This document shows positions 9,870-17,739 of a DNA stretch of 64,000 nt, in pieces; within the stretch, counting starts at the first letter, position 1, and each line of letters begins with the position of its first letter. A program made the position numbers and the translations under genes. Source of the stretch: an uncultured Acidobacteriota bacterium (GTDB lineage Bacteria > Acidobacteriota > Thermoanaerobaculia > UBA5066); the NCBI GenBank assembly GCA_963779415.1, contig CAVZYA010000002.1:384001-448000 (forward strand). Reading direction: 5' to 3'. The notes below the pieces were generated by a model. It was not told the DNA's origin. It did no database searches and saw only the letters and a program-made list of their open reading frames with translations.

Positions 9870-10765
9870 AGGTCGACTTCGTCACTTGCGACGTCTTCAC
9901 GAGCCGTTCCTTCGCCGGCAACCCGCTCCTCGTCGTCCCCGATGCGCGCGGCCTTTCCACGGCGCAGATGCAGGCCGTCGCGCGCGAGATCAACTACTCG
10001 GAGTCGACGTTCGTCCTCCCCCCCGACGACCCCCGCCACGCCTACCGGCAGAGGACCTTCGTCCCGTTCAAAGAGATCCCCTACGCCGGGCACCCGACGG
10101 TCGGGACCGCCGTCGTGATGGCGGCGCTCGGAAGGATCGGGGCCCATGGCGAAGAGCAGATCGAAATCGAGGTCGGCTTCGGCCCGCTCGCCCTCGAGCT
10201 GATCCGCGAAGAGGGCTCCGTCCGGCGCGTCCGGATGACTCAAGGGAGGCCGGCATGGGAGGCTCTGCTTCGGGACGGCGCTTCACGAACGCGCGCGGCC
10301 GCGGCGATCGGCCTTCCGGAGGGCGGTCTTCATCCGGACCTCCCGGTGCAGGTCGTCTCGACCGGAAACCGGACGCTCGTCCTCCCGCTTTGCGACGTCG
10401 CCTCCGTCTCCGCCGCCGTCGCCGACGTCCGCGCGCTCGTTCTTCTCGAGAAGGAGCTCGACGTTCTCATCGCCTATTTCTTCGCCTTCGACAAGGGGAG
10501 GATCCGTGCCCGCGCGTTCTGCCCGGGCGCGGGGGTTCCGGAGGACCCGGCCACCGGCTCGGCCGCCGGCCCGCTCGGCGTCTACCTCGCCCTCCACGAT
10601 GCGCTCCCCGGAGGCTCGCCGCGCTTTTTCATCGATCAGGGGATCGAGATGGGGCGCCCGTCGGAGATCGAGGTGACCGTGGAGCGGGACGGAAGCGGCC
10701 TCCCTTCCGGGGTCCGCGTGGCCGGGAGCGCGGTTCTCATGATGCACGGGATTCTCGAGCTCTGA
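9866..10765 (+). CDS. PhzF family isomerase/epimerase
   Basis: DVFT..GNPL, EINYSESTF, AGHPT, EDPATGSAAG, QGIEMGRPS. Confidence 0.9.
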   Translation: MKVDFVTCDVFTSRSFAGNPLLVVPDARGLSTAQMQAVAREINYSESTFVLPPDDPRHAYRQRTFVPFKEIPYAGHPTVGTAVVMAALGRIGAHGEEQIEIEVGFGPLALELIREEGSVRRVRMTQGRPAWEALLRDGASRTRAAAAIGLPEGGLHPDLPVQVVSTGNRTLVLPLCDVASVSAAVADVRALVLLEKELDVLIAYFFAFDKGRIRARAFCPGAGVPEDPATGSAAGPLGVYLALHDALPGGSPRFFIDQGIEMGRPSEIEVTVERDGSGLPSGVRVAGSAVLMMHGILEL

Positions 10766-10861
10766 GAGGAGTCGGCCTTCCCTGATCGGGAACACCGCGG
10801 AACGCGAGTCGTTCCTTTCCGACCCGGTTCCCCCTTCAGCTCTCGAGCTTCACGATGCGCG

Positions 10862-11575
10862 TCATTTCCCGAAGACTTCCTTCAGGAGCGTGGTGACGCG
10901 CGCCGCGGGGTCTTTGCGAATCTTGCGTTCCTCCTCGCCGATCGTCAGGAAGAGTCCGTCGAGGGCCTTCCCGACGACGTACTGGTTCAGGTCGAACGAC
11001 GGGACATTCACGAACGGGAGAGACTGCGCGCGGCCCAGAAGCTCGTTGTACTGACGCGTGACACCGACCTCGTCCATCGATTTCTTCACCACGGGCAGGA
11101 ACGTCTCGGTGAGCTTCCCGGTGGTCTTTTCCTTGAAGTAGTCGGTGGCGGCCGTCTCGCCTCCCGAGAGGATCTTCCGGGCGTCGTCGAAGCTCATCTC
11201 TTTGATGGCGCCCCAGAAGATCTCCTTGGCGGCCGGAGCGGCTTTCTCCGCGGCCCGGTTCATGCTGAGAACGAACTCGTCGATCTGCGGGCCGTAGCCG
11301 ACCGTGCGCAGGCCTTTCTCCACGGTCGCGAGCTGCTTTGGCATCAGGATCTTGATGGCCTCGTTCTTGAAGTAGCCGTCGGTCTTTCCCGTCAGGCTGA
11401 CGGCACTGCCGGTGCTGATCTTCAGCGCCTCCTTCAGCCCGGAAGCAATCTTCTCGCTGCTGAGCTGGGACTTGTCTCCGAGGCCGAGGCGATTCGTGAC
11501 GTCTTCGATCTGCGCGGCAACCGGGCGGCCGATGAGGATGAGGGTGGAGGTCGTGAGAACGAGGAGAATCCGCAT
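10862..11575 (-). CDS. DUF4197 exported protein
   Basis: Signal peptide; [46 protein letters not shown]. Confidence 0.9.
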   Translation of the reverse strand: MRILLVLTTSTLILIGRPVAAQIEDVTNRLGLGDKSQLSSEKIASGLKEALKISTGSAVSLTGKTDGYFKNEAIKILMPKQLATVEKGLRTVGYGPQIDEFVLSMNRAAEKAAPAAKEIFWGAIKEMSFDDARKILSGGETAATDYFKEKTTGKLTETFLPVVKKSMDEVGVTRQYNELLGRAQSLPFVNVPSFDLNQYVVGKALDGLFLTIGEEERKIRKDPAARVTTLLKEVFGK

Positions 11576-11639
11576 GGGCGTTGTCCTCCAAAAAGATCAT
11601 ATGGCCGATTCCCGCCAGCTGCTCGAGGCCCGGGGAGAG

Positions 11640-11687
11640 GTTGCGGAGGACGCCGTCCTGATGATGCAGGGGCATCTCGAAGTCTGA
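11640..11687 (+). pseudogene. Relic second copy of the phzF-family 3' end
   Basis: Encodes VAEDAVLMMQGHLEV-stop versus VAGSAVLMMHGILEL-stop at 10718-10765 (35/48 nt, 10/15 aa identical). Confidence 0.7.
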
Positions 11688-11714
11688 GGCGGCCCGCTTC
11701 TAGACTCGTCGCCG

Positions 11715-12454
11715 ATGAGCGTCCCCCCCTGATCGGCATCACGTCCGGCACCGAGCCGGTCCTCCCCGGTTTCTACATCCTCCGGCACGACTACGTCCGG
11801 GCCGTCGAGCTTTCCGGCGGCGTCCCTCTCGTCCTCGCCCCGGCCGGCGCCGCGCTCCACCCGGCGCTCCTCTCGAAGCTGGACGGCCTCGTCCTGACGG
11901 GGGGGATCGACGTGACGCCCCTCCTCTACGGCGAGGCGGCGAAGAGGACCGTCACCGACACGAGCGCCGAGCGGGACGAGTTCGAGGTGAAGCTCGTCCT
12001 GGCGGCGCTCGCGCACGGCCTTCCGATCCTTGCCATCTGTCGCGGGATGCAGCTTCTGAACGTCGCCCTCGGCGGGACGCTCGTCCAGGACATCCGGTCG
12101 GAGACCGGCTCGGGAGTCCGCCACGACGACTTCGCGCGGCCACGGACCGACGTCGCGCACACGGTCTCGATCCGGCGCGGCTCCCGGCTTCACGCCCTCC
12201 TCGGGCTCGACGAGGTGGAGGTGAACAGCCTTCACCATCAGGCGGTCGACCGCCTCGCGACCCCGCTCGTCGCCGCGGCTTTTGCCCCCGACGGGCTCAT
12301 CGAGGCGGTGGAAATCCCCGAAGAGCGTTTCGTCCTCGGCGTCCAGTGGCACCCCGAAGCGTGGTGGCGCGAAGGGCGCTTCGGAGCCCTCTTCCGGGCG
12401 CTCACCCGCGCTGCCGAAGCAGAGCCCGCCCCCCGCGTCGCCGCGTCCCGCTGA
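11715..12454 (+). CDS. Peptidase C26 / PuuD-like glutamine amidotransferase, with an apparent 1-nt frameshift near the start
   Basis: LIGIT, LDGLVLTGG, AICRGMQ, VNSLHHQ, GVQWHPE. ATG 11715 is one base out of frame at the C7 run 11723-11729. Confidence 0.85.
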
Positions 12455-12466
12455 ACGGAACGGGCG

Positions 12467-12901
12467 CTACTTCGTCTCGAGCACCTTCGCCACCCGCTCG
12501 CGATAGATCCCGAAGAGCCGGCGGCCGACGGCCGTCTCCTTCGAGACCCACTCGGCGTTCTGGAAGGCCATCGGGGAGTATTCGCGGCGGAGCGCCTCGA
12601 GATGGGGCGCCATACGGGCGAAGAGGAAGAGTCCCTCGCCGCTCGACTCCATGAAGTAGTCGGGGTTCACGATGCCGTGCTTCACGACGCCGTAGACCAT
12701 CTCCCAGTAGGTGGAGACCTGCCGGAAAGGAGCGTTGAGCGGGTGGTCGGGCTTCAGGACGGCGGCGATCTCGTCGTAGCTCTTCGGCCAGAACTTCTGG
12801 AGGATCGCCGCTCGCGACTCGCGCATGAGGCCCTCGCGGCGGAGGTCGTAGGCCCGGAAGGCCAGCTCGGCGTCGTGGTGGTCGGGGGCTTTCGTCTTCA
12901 T
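12467..12901 (-). CDS. Conserved hypothetical protein (DUF4760-like)
   Basis: ATGA overlap with the topA stop; DAEL..YDLRRE..MR and YWEM pattern. The family call is from memory. Confidence 0.65.
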   Translation of the reverse strand: MKTKAPDHHDAELAFRAYDLRREGLMRESRAAILQKFWPKSYDEIAAVLKPDHPLNAPFRQVSTYWEMVYGVVKHGIVNPDYFMESSGEGLFLFARMAPHLEALRREYSPMAFQNAEWVSKETAVGRRLFGIYRERVAKVLETK

Positions 12902-15582
12902 CCGGATCCGCCTTTCTTCCTTCGCGATCTTTCGCCCGTACGCTTCGGCGCGCGGCGGCGGGTGTTTCCCGAAGCCGGGACGGCGGCCGCGGCGGCGGCC
13001 TCCGCAGCCGCGGCCAGCGCGCCGTCGGGGATCTTCGTGACCGGCGCGAAGAGATCGAGGTCCCCGGCCGGAGAATCGAAGCCGCACCCTTCCCGCTCGC
13101 AGACGAGGAAGGCGCCCGCTTTCCGGTCGCGGACGAGGAGATACGGTGCGCCGCAGGCGGGACACGCCTTCGGGACGGGGCGCGCCCGGAAGTTCTTCGG
13201 GCAGGAGGGATAGTTCGAGCAGCCGTAGAAGGGGCCGAATCGCCCGCGCCGGACGAGGATCTCCCCCTTCCGGCACTCCGGGCAGGTCACGCCGGTGGTC
13301 GTCACGGGCTTGGGCGGGCGGTACCGGCAGGCCGGCCACCCCGAGCAGGCGACGTAGTCGCCGTAACGGCCGTGCTTGGTGACGAGGGGCTTTCCACAGA
13401 CGGGACAGCCTTCCCCGGTCGGAACGTCGGGGCGCGCCTCCGCCTTTCCCCCGGCGACCTTGACGGGGACCGTGTTGCGGCAGGCCGGATAGGCGGTGCA
13501 GCCGAGGAACGCCGAGCCGCTCCGACCCGTCCGGAGCTTCATCGGGCTGCCGCACTCCTCGCAGGTCTGCCCCTCGACGTCGCCCGTGTCGATCGGGTCC
13601 TCCTCGATCTCCGGGATGTCGAGCGTGAAATCGCACTTCGGGTAGCCGCCGCACGCGATGAAGAGCCCCGCTTTTCCCATCCGGAGCTTCAGCGGGTGGC
13701 CGCTCTTCGGACAGGTGTCGCCCGGGCCTTCCGGAAGGCGGAAGTGGACGAAGAGCTTCCGGACGTCGGAAAGTGGAAGGCCGGCCTTGATCGAGACCAT
13801 CTTCTTCTTCGCCCGATCCCGGTCCTTCACGAACTTTCCGTCGAACTCCGCGAGGGCCTTGCGCCAGTCGAGGCTCCCCGCCTCGACCTCGTCCAGCTCC
13901 TCCTCCATCCGCGCCGTGTAGCCCGTGTCGAAGAACTCCTCGAACCCCTCGAGCATCAGGTCGATGACGAGCCGGCCGAGAGGCGTCGGGATGAAGCGAC
14001 GCTCCTTCTTCCGCGCGTACTCGCGATCCTCGATCTTCCGGAGGATCTCCGCGTAGGTGGAGGGGCGGCCGATGCCGTTCTCCTCGAGGAACTTCACGAG
14101 CGAGGCTTCGTTGAACCGGGGGGGGGGCTGCGTCTCGTGCGCCTCGGCCGCCGCCGAGACGAGGGCGAGAGGGTCCCCTTCGACGATCTGCGGAAGCCGG
14201 GTCTTCCCCTCCGTGCCTTCCTCTCCGTTCCCGTTTCCGCCGCCGTTTCCCTCCTCGGGCGTCTCGTCGTCGGCCGTCTCGCCATGCGCGCGGAGCCATC
14301 CCGGGTCGCGGAGGACCGAGCCCGTCGCGCGGAGGAGCGCCGAATCCGCCCCCCCTTTCTCGCGCGAGGCGATCTCCACGGTCGTGACCTCCGAGACGGA
14401 GGAACTCATCTGCGAGGAGACGAAGCGGGTCCAGATCAGCCGGTAGAGTTTCAGCTCATCAGCCGAGAGATGGCGGGCGACGGCTTCCGGTGGGAGGTCC
14501 ATGGAGGTGGGGCGGATCGCCTCGTGGGCGTCCTGAACGCCCTTCTTCTGCCGGAAGCGGCGCACCTCCGGATTCACGGCGCCATCGCCCCAGGTCCGAC
14601 CTATGTATTCGCGGACCGAGGCGAGAGCCTCCTCGGCCGTCCGCGTCGAGTCGGTCCGCATGTAGGTGATGAGGCCGACCGAACCGCGCTCCCCGAGCGT
14701 CCTTCCTTCGTAGAGCCGCTGCGCCACCTGCATCGTCCGCCGGACGGTGAAGCCGAGGACGCGCGCGGCGGCCTGCTGGAGTCTGGAGGTCGTGAACGGC
14801 GGAGGGGGCGAGGAGCGGCGCTCCTTCGCCTCGACCGAGACGACGCGGAGATCGGCGCGGCGGAGATGGGCGACGACCTCCTCCGCGGCTCCGGCGGTCG
14901 AGAGGCACGGGTCGGTCCCGTCGAACTTCAGCCTCTCGCCTCTCCAGAGGGCGACGCGGGCCGGGAAGGCGGCCTCCCCTTTCTGCAGCGTGACGGGAAC
15001 CGAGAAATAGGGGACGGCGACGAACTTCTCCCGCTCGGTCTCGCGCTCGACGAGGATCCGGAGGGCGACCGTCTGGACCCTCCCCGCCGAGAGCCCCCGC
15101 CAGACCTTCGACCAGAGGAGGTCCGAGACCTCATAACCGACGAGCCGGTCGATGATCCGGCGGGCCTGCTGCGCGCCGACGCGGTTCACGTCGATCGTCC
15201 GGGGGCTGGCGACGGCACGCGTGACGGCGGACTTCGTGATCTCCTGGAACTCGGCGCGGCGGAACCGGGCCGACGGAAGGGTCCCGAGAAGGACCTCGCG
15301 CAGGTGCCAGCAGATCGCCTCCCCTTCGCGGTCGGGGTCGGCCGCGAGATAGACGATCTCCGCCCCCTTCGCGGCCTTCTTCAGCTCGGCGAGGACCCGC
15401 TCCTTCCCGGGAAGGACCTCGTAGACCGGCTCATACCCGTTCTCCCGGTCTACGGAGATCCCCTTTTTCGGCAGGTCGCGGACGTGGCCGTAGCAGGCGC
15501 GGACCGTGTAGTCCTTCCCGAGGAACTTGGCGAGAGTCTCGGCCTTCGCGGGCGATTCGACGATCACGAGTGACTTGGCCAT
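12898..15582 (-). CDS. topA: DNA topoisomerase I
   Basis: LVIVESPAKA, DPDREGE, SAGRVQ, GLITYMRTDS, five C-terminal zinc-ribbon repeats. Confidence 0.97.
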   Translation of the reverse strand: MAKSLVIVESPAKAETLAKFLGKDYTVRACYGHVRDLPKKGISVDRENGYEPVYEVLPGKERVLAELKKAAKGAEIVYLAADPDREGEAICWHLREVLLGTLPSARFRRAEFQEITKSAVTRAVASPRTIDVNRVGAQQARRIIDRLVGYEVSDLLWSKVWRGLSAGRVQTVALRILVERETEREKFVAVPYFSVPVTLQKGEAAFPARVALWRGERLKFDGTDPCLSTAGAAEEVVAHLRRADLRVVSVEAKERRSSPPPPFTTSRLQQAAARVLGFTVRRTMQVAQRLYEGRTLGERGSVGLITYMRTDSTRTAEEALASVREYIGRTWGDGAVNPEVRRFRQKKGVQDAHEAIRPTSMDLPPEAVARHLSADELKLYRLIWTRFVSSQMSSSVSEVTTVEIASREKGGADSALLRATGSVLRDPGWLRAHGETADDETPEEGNGGGNGNGEEGTEGKTRLPQIVEGDPLALVSAAAEAHETQPPPRFNEASLVKFLEENGIGRPSTYAEILRKIEDREYARKKERRFIPTPLGRLVIDLMLEGFEEFFDTGYTARMEEELDEVEAGSLDWRKALAEFDGKFVKDRDRAKKKMVSIKAGLPLSDVRKLFVHFRLPEGPGDTCPKSGHPLKLRMGKAGLFIACGGYPKCDFTLDIPEIEEDPIDTGDVEGQTCEECGSPMKLRTGRSGSAFLGCTAYPACRNTVPVKVAGGKAEARPDVPTGEGCPVCGKPLVTKHGRYGDYVACSGWPACRYRPPKPVTTTGVTCPECRKGEILVRRGRFGPFYGCSNYPSCPKNFRARPVPKACPACGAPYLLVRDRKAGAFLVCEREGCGFDSPAGDLDLFAPVTKIPDGALAAAAEAAAAAAVPASGNTRRRAPKRTGERSRRKKGGSG

Positions 15583-15607
15583 GAAGCGGATTACGATGCC
15601 ACGCCTG

Positions 15608-16549
15608 TCAAGCCCGGCCGGCGAGACGGACGAAGAGGGCCCCCGGCAGAGCGGTCGCGAGCCCATCCAGCTCGAGGCGGACGAGCGCCGACGAGAGGCG
15701 CGCGGCAGAGAGCTTCGTGGCCTCGACGAGGGCGTCCGTATCGCGCGGCTCCGACGAGTCGAGTGCGGCGAGGACGGCCGCCGCATCCGGGTCGAGGTCG
15801 GGGGGCGGCGCTGCGGCCTTCAGCCCCGTCCGGGTCGCCGGGCGGAGAAGGGCCGGGGACTCCAGCTCCGCCAGAACGTCCTCCACATCCCTCACGAGTA
15901 TCGCCCCGTCCTTCAGGAGGGCGTTCGTCCCGGCGCACCCTTCCGTCCGGATCGGGCCGGGCACCGCCGCCACGTCCCGCCCGAAATCGGCGGCGAACCG
16001 CGCCGTGATCAGAGAGCCGCTCTTTTCCGCCGCCTCGACGACGAGGACGAGGCGCGACAGCCCGGCGATGATCCGGTTCCGGATCGGAAAGTAGTAGGGG
16101 AGCGGGGGCTCGCCCGGATCGAACTCGGAGAGCGCCGTCCCCGCCGCCACGAGCTCTTTCAGGAGGTCGCGGTGCTCGGGGGGATAGCAGACGTCGAGCC
16201 CGCAGCCGAAGACGGCGACCGTCCGTCCTCCCGCCTCCAGCGCTCCGCGGTGCGCCGCCGCGTCGATCCCGCGGGCGAATCCCGAGACGATGGTCACGCC
16301 GGCTCCGGCGAGGCCTGCCGCGAGCTCCCGCGCCGCGGCGAGTCCCACCCGCGAGGCACGGCGCGCCCCGACGACCGCGACGGCGGGTGCGGCCGTGAGC
16401 GGCGCCCCGAGCGCCCAGAGGCGCTTCGGGGGGCGGGGGATCTCGCACAGGAGCGCGGGGTATTCCGCATCGCCCGGATGGATCTCTCTCCCCCCGCGTC
16501 CCCGGAGGGCTTCTTCCCGCTCGCGTGCTCCCGAGAAAACGTCTCTCAT
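15608..16549 (-). CDS. dprA: DNA-processing protein DprA
   Basis: AVVGAR, VSGFARGIDAAAH, FPIRNRIIAGLS, VEAAEKSGSLITA, C-terminal winged helix. Confidence 0.94.
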   Translation of the reverse strand: MRDVFSGAREREEALRGRGGREIHPGDAEYPALLCEIPRPPKRLWALGAPLTAAPAVAVVGARRASRVGLAAARELAAGLAGAGVTIVSGFARGIDAAAHRGALEAGGRTVAVFGCGLDVCYPPEHRDLLKELVAAGTALSEFDPGEPPLPYYFPIRNRIIAGLSRLVLVVEAAEKSGSLITARFAADFGRDVAAVPGPIRTEGCAGTNALLKDGAILVRDVEDVLAELESPALLRPATRTGLKAAAPPPDLDPDAAAVLAALDSSEPRDTDALVEATKLSAARLSSALVRLELDGLATALPGALFVRLAGRA

Positions 16550-16618
16550 CCGGATCGTCTGGCGGCCCCGTCTCCGGGCCGGAGAAAAATCGCCGTGACT
16601 ATAATGCCCGCGCGATCC

Positions 16619-17032
16619 GTGGCGAGAAGGACCTTCTCCCCCCGTCTCCTTCCGGTGGCGCTCGCCGCGGCGCTTGTCGCCCTCCTCGGCTGCGCCTCGA
16701 ACCCCCTGGATACGGGGGTCCCCGCCGAGAAAGCGTACGGTGCCGAGATGGCGAAGAAGGGTTTCTGGCGGGAGGCGCTCTTCCGCTTCCAGAAGGCCCA
16801 GAAGGAGGCGCCGAACGACGCGGAGATCCTGAGCAACCTCGGCGTGGCGTACGAGGCGGTGGGCGAGACCGCCAAGGCGCTCGCGGCCTATCGCCGGGCC
16901 CTCGAGCTCGCCCCGGAGGAGACGCACATCCGCCGGAACTACGCGCGGTTCGCGGAGTACTACACGGCGGCGCAGCGGGCAGACACCGGCCCCGAAACCC
17001 CGCCCGCCCCGCGCCCGACGCCGAAGCCATGA
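16619..17032 (+). CDS. TPR lipoprotein
   Basis: Lipobox LLGC; TPR motif NLGVAYEAVGETAKALAAYRRALELAP. The alternative ATG at 16604 overlaps a TATAAT box. Confidence 0.8.
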   Translation: MARRTFSPRLLPVALAAALVALLGCASNPLDTGVPAEKAYGAEMAKKGFWREALFRFQKAQKEAPNDAEILSNLGVAYEAVGETAKALAAYRRALELAPEETHIRRNYARFAEYYTAAQRADTGPETPPAPRPTPKP

Positions 17033-17739
17033 GACGCTCTCGCGCCCTTGCTCTTCCCGCCGCCGCCGCGCTTCTCGCCGCGGCTGCGGCGCCGCTCCTC
17101 GCGGGAGTGTTCGAGACGAAGCTCCGCCTGCCGCTGCGCCCCAAGCTCGCCGTGACGGGACGCGAACGGATCTCGATCGCCCCCTTCCTCGTCGCCTCGC
17201 GCACGTCGGACGCCCGGGAGGCGCAACGGGTCGCCGATGTCGACCTCGACGGCGAGTTCCGCCGCTACCTGACGAAGCTTCTCTCGAAGCGGACGAAGAT
17301 GACGCTCGTCGCGATGCCGTCGGACGTGAAGCTCCCGGCCGCCACTCTCCGGGAGGTGGCCGAGAACGCCGCGTTCTGGCGGGGGCTCGGCGCCCGCACC
17401 GGCGCGGACATCCTCGTCTCGGGCGTCGTCGACTTCCGGGTCGAGAACAAGTCGGGCTACCGGACCGAGGAGTACAAGAGCCCCGTCGACAACAGGATCT
17501 ACACCCGCCAGGTCCTCGTCGAATCGACCGGGTTCACGTTCGACGTGAGCGTCCTCGCCCTCGACGGCCGGACGGGTGCCCAGCTCTTCCTCGAGAACTT
17601 CCACGACCAGAAGGAGAAGCCGAAACGGGCGGCCGACGAGATGGCCGGACTCTTCGAGAACCTCTTCTCGCTCGAGGGGCAGATCCTCGGCCTTTTCGTC
17701 GTCCGGGAACGCGAGGCGAACCGCTATGTATTCGACTGA
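17029..17739 (+). CDS. Exported hypothetical protein, possibly CsgG/TolB-N/LpoB-like fold
   Basis: Ala-rich signal peptide; RISIAPF ... GADILVSGVV ... LDGRTG pattern. The fold is inferred. Confidence 0.6.
   Translation: MRRSRALALPAAAALLAAAAAPLLAGVFETKLRLPLRPKLAVTGRERISIAPFLVASRTSDAREAQRVADVDLDGEFRRYLTKLLSKRTKMTLVAMPSDVKLPAATLREVAENAAFWRGLGARTGADILVSGVVDFRVENKSGYRTEEYKSPVDNRIYTRQVLVESTGFTFDVSVLALDGRTGAQLFLENFHDQKEKPKRAADEMAGLFENLFSLEGQILGLFVVREREANRYVFD

Noticed and set aside
11715-11735. Phase variation at the C7 tract of the C26 gene
   Set aside because: It shows the same one-base deficit as essential dnaA and atpC, so a sequencing homopolymer error is more parsimonious.
9159-12454. Phenazine or other secondary-metabolite cluster (methyltransferase + PhzF + amidotransferase)
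   Set aside because: There is no phzA/B, D, E or G. Stand-alone PhzF and C26 homologs are widespread.
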